A stretch of DNA of 63,896 nucleotides, the filler included. It is 6 parts of 6 records of this genome, joined end to end, with 100 filler letters (N's around TTAATTAATTAA, not from the genome) between each part and the next. Parts side by side here need not be neighbours in the genome. Positions count along the whole stretch, not along the records: positions 27,836 to 35,549 come from SRR20825010_5184; positions 35,650 to 42,355 come from SRR20825010_5193; 4 more parts are not named here. The stretch is one strand, 5' to 3'. Of this stretch, positions 30,626-38,562 are shown piece by piece (the stretch's first letter is position 1; each line of letters opens with the position of its first letter). The position numbers were made by a program, and so were the translations under genes. The notes below the pieces were generated by a model. That model did no database searches, was not told where the DNA came from, and was given only the letters and a program-made list of their open reading frames with translations.

Positions 30626-31498
30626 CTAGACACTTCTCAGCCGTTCTTGGTGACGCTTTTCATACTCTACCGGTGACAACTGCTCATTAGAACTATGGCG
30701 TCGCCGGTTGTTATAGAACATCTCGATATAATCAAAAATATCTGCTCGGGCAGCGTCCCGGCTGCTGTAGATCTTTCGCTTTATCCTCTCCCTCTTCAAC
30801 AGCTGGAAGAAGCTCTCAGCAACAGCATTGTCGTGGCAGTTACCGCGCCGACTCATGCTGCCCTCCAGGTCGTGCGCCTTCAGAAACGAGTCCCAGTCGT
30901 GGCTGGTGTATTGGCTGCCTTGGTCGGAGTGCACAATCACTTTGCCCTCAGGCTTGCGACGCCAGACAGCCATCAAAAGTGCATCCAGCGCTAGCTCCTT
31001 GGTTATCCTGGATTGCATTGACCAACCGATCACCCGTCTTGAGAACAGATCCAGAACAACCGCCAGATACAACCAGCCTTCATGTGTGCGGATATAGGTA
31101 ATATCCGTTACCCAGCTCTCGTTCGGCGCTTGCGGATTGAACTGCCGCTGCAGGATATTCGGTGTCACCTTGTGTAGCTCCCCAGCCCTATGGCGTGGCT
31201 TACGATAACTCACCTGCGCTCGTATTCCCGCGTGGCGCATCAGCCGGTGGACTCGATTGGGCCCGCATTGCTCGCCATACTCGCGTAGATCAGTATGGAT
31301 TTTCCGGTAGCCATACACGGCTCCGGATTCCAGCCAGAACTGCTTGATCAGACCGGACAGGCGCTCGTCCTCGATTGCACGAGCTGAACGAGGCTGTCTC
31401 TGCCAGGCGTAAAAGCCACTGGGGTGAACGTCCAACAGAGAACACAGTGAGCGAATTGGCCACCGCTCGCTGTGCTCCTGAATGAAGGCGTACCTCAA
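30626..31498 (-). CDS. IS3 transposase OrfB (DDE)
   Basis: WVTDITYI, VLDLFSRRVIGW, HSDQGSQY, DNAVAESFF. Confidence 0.95.
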   Translation of the reverse strand: MRYAFIQEHSERWPIRSLCSLLDVHPSGFYAWQRQPRSARAIEDERLSGLIKQFWLESGAVYGYRKIHTDLREYGEQCGPNRVHRLMRHAGIRAQVSYRKPRHRAGELHKVTPNILQRQFNPQAPNESWVTDITYIRTHEGWLYLAVVLDLFSRRVIGWSMQSRITKELALDALLMAVWRRKPEGKVIVHSDQGSQYTSHDWDSFLKAHDLEGSMSRRGNCHDNAVAESFFQLLKRERIKRKIYSSRDAARADIFDYIEMFYNNRRRHSSNEQLSPVEYEKRHQERLRSV

Positions 31499-31773
31499 TC
31501 GGACTGACTGGCGAAGTACGCCGCGGCTTTTTTTAGGATGTCTCGCTCTTCGGTAACGCGCTTGAGCTCTTTCTGGAGTCGGCGGATCTCGGATTGGTCA
31601 TCTGCATTGGCCTGATGCTGCTCGGAATCCGGGCCGAACTTCCTGATCCAGGCGTACAGACTGTGGGTGGTGACGCCGAGTCGATCAGCCACTTGGGCCA
31701 CACTGTGACCACGATCGGTCACCTGACGAACCGCCTCAATCTTGAATTCTTCGGGATAGCGCTTGCTGCTCAT
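31495..31773 (-). CDS. IS3 transposase OrfA (HTH)
   Basis: RYPEEFKIEAV, VADRLGV, EERDILKKAAAYFA; -1 frameshift into OrfB. Confidence 0.93.
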   Translation of the reverse strand: MSSKRYPEEFKIEAVRQVTDRGHSVAQVADRLGVTTHSLYAWIRKFGPDSEQHQANADDQSEIRRLQKELKRVTEERDILKKAAAYFASQSD

Positions 31774-31837
31774 AGATACCTCTCTGGTTGCCATTTTGGA
31801 TGGCTGAAAGGTGTCTAGCAAACTGGTGGCGATTCAC

Positions 31838-32548
31838 TTACTCACCTCCTCTCTGGCTACAGCCAAAGTTCCTAAACCCATCGTCATAAAGCTTGGTATC
31901 CACCTTTGCCAAGTAGCTCATGCGCCTGAACACCTCATGATATTGCGCGGTATACATAGACGATCCTTTTGAAATCAGCTGGACCGGGCTATCAGGGAAA
32001 TGGACTAAACCGATTCCTTGACTCCCAGTCAGACCAAGAGTGCGACCCCAAGCTCGCTGAATACGCTCTGCCATGTTGCTAACTGCTTGTTCTTCCGCCA
32101 ACCACCAGGGGAAGTCCGGCTCTTGCTGACCTAAGATACGCCCCAACGCGGAGTAAGCATCCCTATTGACCATAATGGCAATATGATAATGGGGCTGCCC
32201 TTCCCCACCGAACTCGCGACACCAGATCATACGAACATGGCAGTCATGAACCCGTTTTCCCTGGCCGCGCTTACGCTTCGAGTCGCACCTGATCTGCGAA
32301 CGAAGAGAGTTGATGAAGCCGCTTGCCTGCCCCCCTTTGGGACCTGACCAACCGTACGGCAGCCTAGCAACGAAATGGATGACACAGGTTCGTGGATGCT
32401 CATTTAAGGCCCGGTCCAAAGTAGACCGGATAGATTTGAGGTAATTCACCGCCAGTGGACGGTCAGGCCTTGCCAGTACCGGCAAGCCCTCCCAGACTGA
32501 TTCATAGTGGAGTTTGAGGTTGGTGTTGCTTGAATGTCGTTTTCTCAT
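31838..32548 (-). CDS. Inovirus Gp2 / YagK-YfjJ family HUH-type endonuclease
   Basis: HPRT, WCRE, HUH motif HYHIAIMVNRDAY, GLVHFP, RMSYLAKVDTK, RNFGCS. Confidence 0.85.
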   Translation of the reverse strand: MRKRHSSNTNLKLHYESVWEGLPVLARPDRPLAVNYLKSIRSTLDRALNEHPRTCVIHFVARLPYGWSGPKGGQASGFINSLRSQIRCDSKRKRGQGKRVHDCHVRMIWCREFGGEGQPHYHIAIMVNRDAYSALGRILGQQEPDFPWWLAEEQAVSNMAERIQRAWGRTLGLTGSQGIGLVHFPDSPVQLISKGSSMYTAQYHEVFRRMSYLAKVDTKLYDDGFRNFGCSQRGGE

Positions 32549-32551
32549 TGT

Positions 32552-32684
32552 CTGGCACCTATGGTTTCTTCATAGGTACCAGCGCACTGGTTGAAATTTA
32601 CTCATGAGCAGGCTGGTTTGGTCCAGCCTGCCTGTTACTCAACCAACTGCACTTACCAGCCTTCACAAGTGGGCTGGCTAAGTG
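32552..32684 (-). promoter_or_regulatory. Three-hairpin structured leader or candidate nick origin upstream of the HUH gene
   Basis: Stems 32552-63/32571-82, 32588-94/32639-45 enclosing 32608-16/32623-31, and 32650-61/32672-84. Confidence 0.55.
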
Positions 32685-32924
32685 ACTTTATGACTATATA
32701 TATCTATTACCGACACTCAGAGCGGGTTATCAAGTACTGAAAGCCCACAACAGGGCCTTTACCCCACAGACGGGAGCCCAAATAGCGCTATCCAGTTAAA
32801 ACAATCGATTACGAGTTCTGGAACGGGGTTATCGTACCCAGAAGGCCCACAAACCAATAACACTATTGAGCTTGAAGGCTGACATCAATTCACAGCTTAA
32901 ATCAGTGCTATCCACGGTATGTAA

Positions 32925-34349
32925 CTACCCCTCATCCTCAATACCAACTTCCGTGTCTACAACCTCCTTTTTGGTCTTTACACTTGGCTTAACAAGCAGG
33001 CCAATTTCATACTGCTCTTTTGTAGACAAGTCTACACGGTTGATTTCCTTAGTTGATTTTACATAATCGATTGAAGCCCCTTGGTAAATCCCCGGAGTAA
33101 CATTTCTGCCTGGCGGCGGCGCAACCACAGCCTTTAAAATCAACAACTTACCATTCTCTGTTGATCGCAATATCGATATCCTACCATCTGGTGGCATAAG
33201 CAAACGCATCACCCCTAGTTTTTTGCTTAGCACTTCAGATTTCATGCACGCAGCCCTCCATATCCAGCCAGATAGGAACATCGCCGCTCTAGAGGCCGCC
33301 TCATCGCTACCCTTTCTCTCCTTTACACATAGCAATGCCTCCATTTCTAAGCGCAGATTGATGCTTGGTTCTGGTAGAAATTGACTGCCAATGAATAAGT
33401 ATCTATCGGTCAATATTTGACCTACATAATCGTCTAAAACAGCCTGCAGATATTCTTCAAGCCCATCGAGCACAGCATCTTTGAGTCTTTTAGCAACGTC
33501 ATCTTCACACTTCACCGGCAACAAATAGTTTCTACGGTCATATTCAATGGCAACGTAGGAATCATCCTCACAACCATTACTGAGAATCCTTATCAACTGA
33601 GGAATCTCTCGGCCCGGGTGGTACTGATCTTTTTTTTGTATATGAAGGACAAACGCCCGACCACACCAGCTAGCCTCAAAAATAGGGTGAGCCAGGTTGA
33701 GAAAATAGATGCTCGGGCACTTGCCGATTCCTATATCACTCACAATCCCAGCAACCACATCTCGCATGTACCCTAAGCGCCAAAGCTTCCTCAAATGCCG
33801 GCGTACTCTTTGAACTGACATCCCCACCTGCTTGGCCAAGCCAAAAGTCGAACAATTTCTGACTACACCGCAGGAATCCGCCTCAGTCAGCAACACTATA
33901 AGAACCAGCTTGCTACCGACACTCAGGGCATCAGGGTTGGGAGGGCCAAAAGTACGACCTTTCTTTCTCGTGACCTCCAACCCTCCAGGTGAGGGAATAC
34001 TGAGCAGTGACTTTACCAGCCCCTCATGTCCCACACTCACTGGCCCAACCTGGAGATTCAACCGATCGGCAACGAGCTTTGAAAGTCGATAATCGTAAGA
34101 CGGCCTTCCGGTCCTACCTTCAACGCGCCGGGCATCAAGAAGACCTTGGTCAACCAGTACCCCTATCGAATGACGGGCTAATCTCTCACTAACTCCCAAC
34201 TTCCCCGCCAAACGGTCCAGAGACGTTTGAGCCCATTCGCCTATACCAAATTGATAGATAAAGGCAGTCAAAAAATATCGCTCAGCGGCCTGCAGCTCTT
34301 CAGACGACAAGCAGTTAAAGCTGGATACTAGAGCATTGCCAAGGTACAT
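32925..34349 (-). CDS. Tandem winged-helix DNA-binding protein (island-associated)
   Basis: Two wHTH-like units (SLDRLAGKLGVSERLARHSIGVLVDQGLL..GRPSYDY; LAKQVGMSVQRVRRHLRKLWRLGYM); AT-richer than flanks. Confidence 0.7.
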   Translation of the reverse strand: MYLGNALVSSFNCLSSEELQAAERYFLTAFIYQFGIGEWAQTSLDRLAGKLGVSERLARHSIGVLVDQGLLDARRVEGRTGRPSYDYRLSKLVADRLNLQVGPVSVGHEGLVKSLLSIPSPGGLEVTRKKGRTFGPPNPDALSVGSKLVLIVLLTEADSCGVVRNCSTFGLAKQVGMSVQRVRRHLRKLWRLGYMRDVVAGIVSDIGIGKCPSIYFLNLAHPIFEASWCGRAFVLHIQKKDQYHPGREIPQLIRILSNGCEDDSYVAIEYDRRNYLLPVKCEDDVAKRLKDAVLDGLEEYLQAVLDDYVGQILTDRYLFIGSQFLPEPSINLRLEMEALLCVKERKGSDEAASRAAMFLSGWIWRAACMKSEVLSKKLGVMRLLMPPDGRISILRSTENGKLLILKAVVAPPPGRNVTPGIYQGASIDYVKSTKEINRVDLSTKEQYEIGLLVKPSVKTKKEVVDTEVGIEDEG

Positions 34350-34462
34350 ATTTGCACAAATGATATCTATTTTTGCCCATTATCAATTATGATCATATTT
34401 ACGTCAATTCATACGGTATGATTTACTTGTCATGAAAATCTCAAGCATTAGGAGCATTGAAA

Positions 34463-35161
34463 GTGAAGAAACCAATCCCACCGAAAGAGTGGCTTGGCTC
34501 CGACAAGGACAAGTCAGATTGGGCCAGGCACTATTTGCGAAACAACCCCCCATCAGCCCTTTCAGTAAAAGCTCCCCACGAAGAGAACGAGCCGACCTTG
34601 ATGACACTGGAAAGAATTTGGAATAACGGATTGGGGGCAGATGCTTTTGCACGCATCAAACGAGCATGGAATGCTTACAGCTACCGGAAGAACAAAAACA
34701 AGCGGACTTTCAGTTTTGTGCTACCCGTAGAAGAAGCTCTGTTTTTGAAACGTACGTCCAAATATCTAAAGGTGTCACAAAGCGCCCACCTGACAGCTCT
34801 GATTTGCCAGGATAGAACACATATCGAGAAACTGAGAAATGAGCATCAACAAAGACTCGAAGGCGCCAGAAAAACGCGCAATTCACTGGTAGAGGACAGA
34901 AAAACCAAAGAGCTAGGTCGCCTGCGGAAAGAAAATACGAGGCATGCGGGCATTCTCAAGCAATATGAAGAACTTATAAGAAAGCTAGTAGAGAAAGACC
35001 TTGTAAGGCAGGAATTAGAAAGGCAGGGATTGCAGGACCCCATACAACTCGATGCGAACAAAAGGGACGACCTGGACTCTCAAGCCAAAAAGCTGGCAGC
35101 AAGACACCTTGAGGATGCTCGAATTGACGCGTCTCGCACTTCTAACTACTCAGCGCCCTGA
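34463..35161 (+). CDS. Hypothetical protein with RHH-like motif and coiled coil (MatP-like architecture)
   Basis: AGGAG 8 nt before GTG 34463; RTFSFVLPVEEALFLKRTSKYLKVSQSAHLTALI strand-helix-helix pattern; charged coiled-coil tail. Confidence 0.65.
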   Translation: MKKPIPPKEWLGSDKDKSDWARHYLRNNPPSALSVKAPHEENEPTLMTLERIWNNGLGADAFARIKRAWNAYSYRKNKNKRTFSFVLPVEEALFLKRTSKYLKVSQSAHLTALICQDRTHIEKLRNEHQQRLEGARKTRNSLVEDRKTKELGRLRKENTRHAGILKQYEELIRKLVEKDLVRQELERQGLQDPIQLDANKRDDLDSQAKKLAARHLEDARIDASRTSNYSAP

Positions 35162-35398
35162 CACCACCTCCAAGTGATCCACCCAACGCTGCAACTACAA
35201 GCGTCACCCAGCCTCATAGCTATGGAGTACCCTCAACCCCTTTTCTAGAGTGATCCGGCACAGCTTCAGCCATCTTGCCGGGCATCCAATACGCGCCAGG
35301 CCTTTGTAAACGGACCGCCTGACCAATCAGGGAAAACTAAAGGTCAGTGGCGCGTAAAGTAAAGGAGACAGGCCAGCCACAGGGATTAGCTATTGAGA

Positions 35399-35419
35399 AA
35401 CGGTGACGGAACGGTGACG
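35399..35419. repeat. Tandem 10-bp direct repeat, putative integrase arm-type sites
   Basis: AACGGTGACG at 35399-35408 and 35410-35419, about 90 bp from the tRNA 3' end. Confidence 0.55.
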
Positions 35420-35454
35420 AAACACAGAAAAGCATAAGCGACGCCTAAAAACCA

Positions 35455-35481
35455 AAAAGGCCAGTCATCCATGACTGGCCT
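35455..35481 (-). terminator. Terminator downstream of tRNA-Pro
   Basis: AGGCCAGTCAT-CC-ATGACTGGCCT inverted repeat with T-rich tail on the minus strand. Confidence 0.8.
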
Positions 35482-35507
35482 ATCTCTTTGTTTTTCCGAC
35501 CTTAATT

Positions 35508-35549
35508 TGGTCGGGACGGGAGGATTCGAACCTCCGACCCCTTGCACCC
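35508..35549 (-). tRNA. tRNA-Pro (probably GGG), 3' half at contig end; likely att core
   Basis: Minus strand GGGTGCAAGGGGTCGGAGGTTCGAATCCTCCCGTCCCGACCA with T-loop and CCA. Confidence 0.88.
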
Positions 35550-35649
35550 NNNNNNNNNNNNNNNNNNNNNNNNNNNNNNNNNNNNNNNNNNNNTTAATTA
35601 ATTAANNNNNNNNNNNNNNNNNNNNNNNNNNNNNNNNNNNNNNNNNNNN
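35550..35649. other. Artificial contig spacer
   Basis: N44-TTAATTAATTAA-N44. Confidence 0.99.
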
Positions 35650-35682
35650 AATCTGGCGTCCTAACCGATAGACGAAGGGGAC
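35650..35682 (-). tRNA. tRNA-Glu, 5' portion truncated by contig end
   Basis: Minus strand GTCCCCTTCGTCTATCGGTTAGGACGCCAGATT matches tRNA-Glu acceptor and D arms; lies downstream of recJ; anticodon not visible. Confidence 0.8.
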
Positions 35683-35774
35683 ATATATCCTGTCGCAGGG
35701 GCAGGATTTACCTATTCTATCCCCACATATCAAGTAAAAAATGTGAAATATCACAAATTCGGTGCTTCTGTCGC

Positions 35775-37553
35775 CTATGCGAGGCGAAAGGCGTCCTCGA
35801 TCAGCAGCTGGGCGGAGACTTTTCCCTGCCAGCTGTTCTTTCGAAGATGCCCGGCAATGTGAAATGAGCCGCCGTTATGGCCGAGCAAAGCGTCCCCCAG
35901 CGGCGTTTCCAGCGCGCGAAAGGCAATGCCCGCCAGACGCCCGCGCCCGGCCATGCCGGTCAGGATACAGCGCACATGATTCTCGCCGACAATGCTCGCC
36001 TGGACAAGGCGGACATTGGGGAGCACGAATCTCGGCTCCGGGTTGCCCGCGCCATAGGGCCCCGCCTGCTCCATCAGCTCGATCAGCTCCGTCGTTGCGC
36101 CGTCGATTGACAGCGCCCCGTCCAGGCCAAGGCTGGCCGTCTTCGCCGCCTCGCTCACATCTTTCGCGAGCCGCTCATTGAGAAAGGTTCGAAAGTCGTC
36201 AATCCGGTCGGTCGCGATGGTCAGACCCGCCGCCATCATATGACCGCCGCCCGCGACAATAATTTCTTTGTGCCGCGCGGCACCCACCGCCGCGCCCATA
36301 TCAACACCGGGAACGGAGCGGCCGGAGCCCTTGCCCGTGTCGCCCTCCAGCGCAATAACCACCGCCGGGCGCTGATAGGCGTCCTTGATGCGGCTGGCGA
36401 CGATGCCGATGACGCCCGGATGCCACCCCTCTCCCGCGACGACAATCACCGGATCATTCCTGAGACTGCTTTTTTCCACCATGAGAAGGGCTTCCGCCTG
36501 CACCCCGGCCTCAATCTCTTTGCGCTCCTTGTTATAGCGATCGAGATGGCCCGCCAGTTCGCGGCATTTTTCCGGGCTGTCGCTGGAGAGAAGCTCCGGG
36601 CCATACTCGGGGCGTCCGACACGCCCGCCCGCATTGACGCGCGGGCCGAGCAGGAAGCCCGCATGATAGGTGCCGGGTGTCTCGTCAAGGCCCGCCACAT
36701 CGGCGAGCGCGGCCAGCCCCGCATTGCCGCGCCGTGCCATGACCTTGAGGCCCTGTGCGACAAACGCGCGGTTCAGCCCGATCAAAGGCACCACATCGCA
36801 CACCGTGCCGAGCGCCACCAGATCGAGCCAATGGCGCGGGTCCGGCTCAGGCCGGGTGTCATTATACCAACCCTTGGTGCGCAGCGCACGATTAAGCGCG
36901 ACGATCAGCAGGAAGGTGACCCCGACGGCGGCAAGATAGGTAAATTTCTGGCTCTCATCATGGCGTTTGGGGTTGATGACGGCGACCGCATCGGGCAGCC
37001 GGGTTTCCGCCTGATGATGATCGACGACGATGATCTCAAGCCCGATCTCCTTCGCATGGGAGAGTGCATCGAAGGAAACAATCCCGCAATCGACCGTGAC
37101 GACCAGATCGACCCCCCGCGCCTTCAGGCTATCCATCGCGCCCTTATTCGGACCATAGCCTTCCTTCAACCGGTCGGGGATATAGATATCAAGGGGTTGA
37201 CGGATGGCATTAAAGAATCGCTTTAAAAGACCTGACGAGGTTGCGCCGTCCACATCATAGTCGCCAAAGACCGCGATCCGCTCCCCCGCCTCAATTGCCG
37301 TCGCAATGCGTGCCGCACCCGCATCCATATCCTTGAAGCTGGACGGATCGGGCAGCAGATGACGCAGCTGCGGGGTGAGATATTGCTCCGCCTCCTCCAG
37401 CGGAACGCCGCGCCCGGCCATGACCCGGCCAACGATTTCCGGCACGTCGAGACGCTGCGCGATGGCGAGGCCGAGACGCTCATTCTCGGAGCGCAACCGC
37501 CAGCGCCGGGACGTCAGCGAATTTTCAACATCCAGAAAGGCCGGCGTATCCAT
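35775..37553 (-). CDS. recJ: ssDNA exonuclease RecJ
   Basis: GDYDVDGATS, TVDCG, VDHH, LGTVCDVVPL, GPRVNAGGR, GGGHMMAAG. Confidence 0.97.
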   Translation of the reverse strand: MDTPAFLDVENSLTSRRWRLRSENERLGLAIAQRLDVPEIVGRVMAGRGVPLEEAEQYLTPQLRHLLPDPSSFKDMDAGAARIATAIEAGERIAVFGDYDVDGATSSGLLKRFFNAIRQPLDIYIPDRLKEGYGPNKGAMDSLKARGVDLVVTVDCGIVSFDALSHAKEIGLEIIVVDHHQAETRLPDAVAVINPKRHDESQKFTYLAAVGVTFLLIVALNRALRTKGWYNDTRPEPDPRHWLDLVALGTVCDVVPLIGLNRAFVAQGLKVMARRGNAGLAALADVAGLDETPGTYHAGFLLGPRVNAGGRVGRPEYGPELLSSDSPEKCRELAGHLDRYNKERKEIEAGVQAEALLMVEKSSLRNDPVIVVAGEGWHPGVIGIVASRIKDAYQRPAVVIALEGDTGKGSGRSVPGVDMGAAVGAARHKEIIVAGGGHMMAAGLTIATDRIDDFRTFLNERLAKDVSEAAKTASLGLDGALSIDGATTELIELMEQAGPYGAGNPEPRFVLPNVRLVQASIVGENHVRCILTGMAGRGRLAGIAFRALETPLGDALLGHNGGSFHIAGHLRKNSWQGKVSAQLLIEDAFRLA

Positions 37554-37564
37554 ATCGGGTCTGC

Positions 37565-38524
37565 CTACTTGGCTTTGTGATCGCCCCGGATATAGCGCAC
37601 GGTGCCGGAATAGGACCGCATCACGATGGTTTCCGTATAGACCCGGTCGCCCTTCTGGCGCACGCCTTTCAGCATGGAACCGTCGGTCACGCCGGTGGCG
37701 GCGAAGATGACTTCCCCGGCGGCGAGTTCCTCAAGGTTATAGACACGGGAGAGGTCGGTGATGCCCCATTTCGCGGCGCGGGCCTTCTCGTCATCATTGC
37801 GGAAGACAAGACGGCCCTGCATCTGCCCGCCGATACAACGCAGCGCGGCCGCGGCGAGAACGCCTTCCGGTGCGCCGCCGGTGCCGACATACATGTCGAT
37901 CCCGGTATCGGGGTTTGCCGTCGCCATCACGCCGGCAACGTCACCGTCGGAGATCAGCTGGATACGGGCGCCGGTTTTACGGATATCGGCGATGATGTCC
38001 GCATGGCGCGGCCGATCGAGAACGCAGGCCATGGTCTGGTTGACCGGCACGCCCTTGGCTTTGGCAATCGCGCGGAGATTTTCGCCCGCCCCCTTGTTGA
38101 TATCGATAATCCCGTCCGGGTAGCCGCCACCAACGGCGATCTTTTCCATATAGGTGTCCGGGGCGTTCAGGAAGTTACCGGATTCGGCGAAGGCAATCAC
38201 GGCCAGCGCATTCGGCCCGCCCTTCGCGGTGAGTGTGGTGCCTTCCAGCGGATCAAGCGCGATGTCAATTTTCGGGCCCTTGCCCGTGCCGACTTCCTCA
38301 CCGATATAGAGCATCGGAGCCTCGTCCCGCTCCCCTTCGCCGATGACGATCCGGCCTTCGATATTGAGCAGGTTGAGCGCGGTGCGCATGGCATCCACAG
38401 CGGCCTGATCGGCGGCCTTCTCATCGCCGAGGCCGACCAGGTTACAGGCGGCGCGCGCGGCGGCTTCCGTCACACGGACGATTTCGAGGGTGAGATTTCT
38501 ATCCAGACGTGAGGATTTAGTCAT
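37565..38524 (-). CDS. glpX: Class II fructose-1,6-bisphosphatase
   Basis: VIGEGERDEAPMLYIGE, DPLEGT, APDTYMEK, GGAPEGV, ATGVTDG. Confidence 0.97.
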   Translation of the reverse strand: MTKSSRLDRNLTLEIVRVTEAAARAACNLVGLGDEKAADQAAVDAMRTALNLLNIEGRIVIGEGERDEAPMLYIGEEVGTGKGPKIDIALDPLEGTTLTAKGGPNALAVIAFAESGNFLNAPDTYMEKIAVGGGYPDGIIDINKGAGENLRAIAKAKGVPVNQTMACVLDRPRHADIIADIRKTGARIQLISDGDVAGVMATANPDTGIDMYVGTGGAPEGVLAAAALRCIGGQMQGRLVFRNDDEKARAAKWGITDLSRVYNLEELAAGEVIFAATGVTDGSMLKGVRQKGDRVYTETIVMRSYSGTVRYIRGDHKAK

Positions 38525-38562
38525 GTTTTCTCTTCCATTACTTTAATAAAGCTTACTGTTTC

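Larger units (their letters stand above)
30608..31836 (-). mobile_element. Complete IS3-family insertion sequence (1229 bp)
   Basis: Terminal IRs TGAATCGCCACCAGTT(CT/TG)CTAGACAC with 5'-TG...CA-3' ends; orfA/orfB; A7G slippery site at 31527-31534; no flanking direct repeat. Confidence 0.95.

Noticed and set aside
31735-31837. GTG created at the IS junction driving a transposase fusion from the orphan RBS
   Set aside because: The resulting short ORF is out of frame with OrfA and stops after about 33 codons
31838-32548. Filamentous prophage implied by the 'Inovirus Gp2' family name
   Set aside because: No Zot-like ATPase, coat proteins or ssDNA-binding gene nearby
32549-32925. CRISPR array or retron msr-msd
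   Set aside because: Only two degenerate repeats, no regular spacers, and no cas or reverse transcriptase gene on the contig
35508-35682. tRNA halves on both sides of a spacer suggesting one split tRNA
   Set aside because: Different tRNAs (Pro 3' half, Glu 5' half) on unrelated contigs; acceptor stems do not pair
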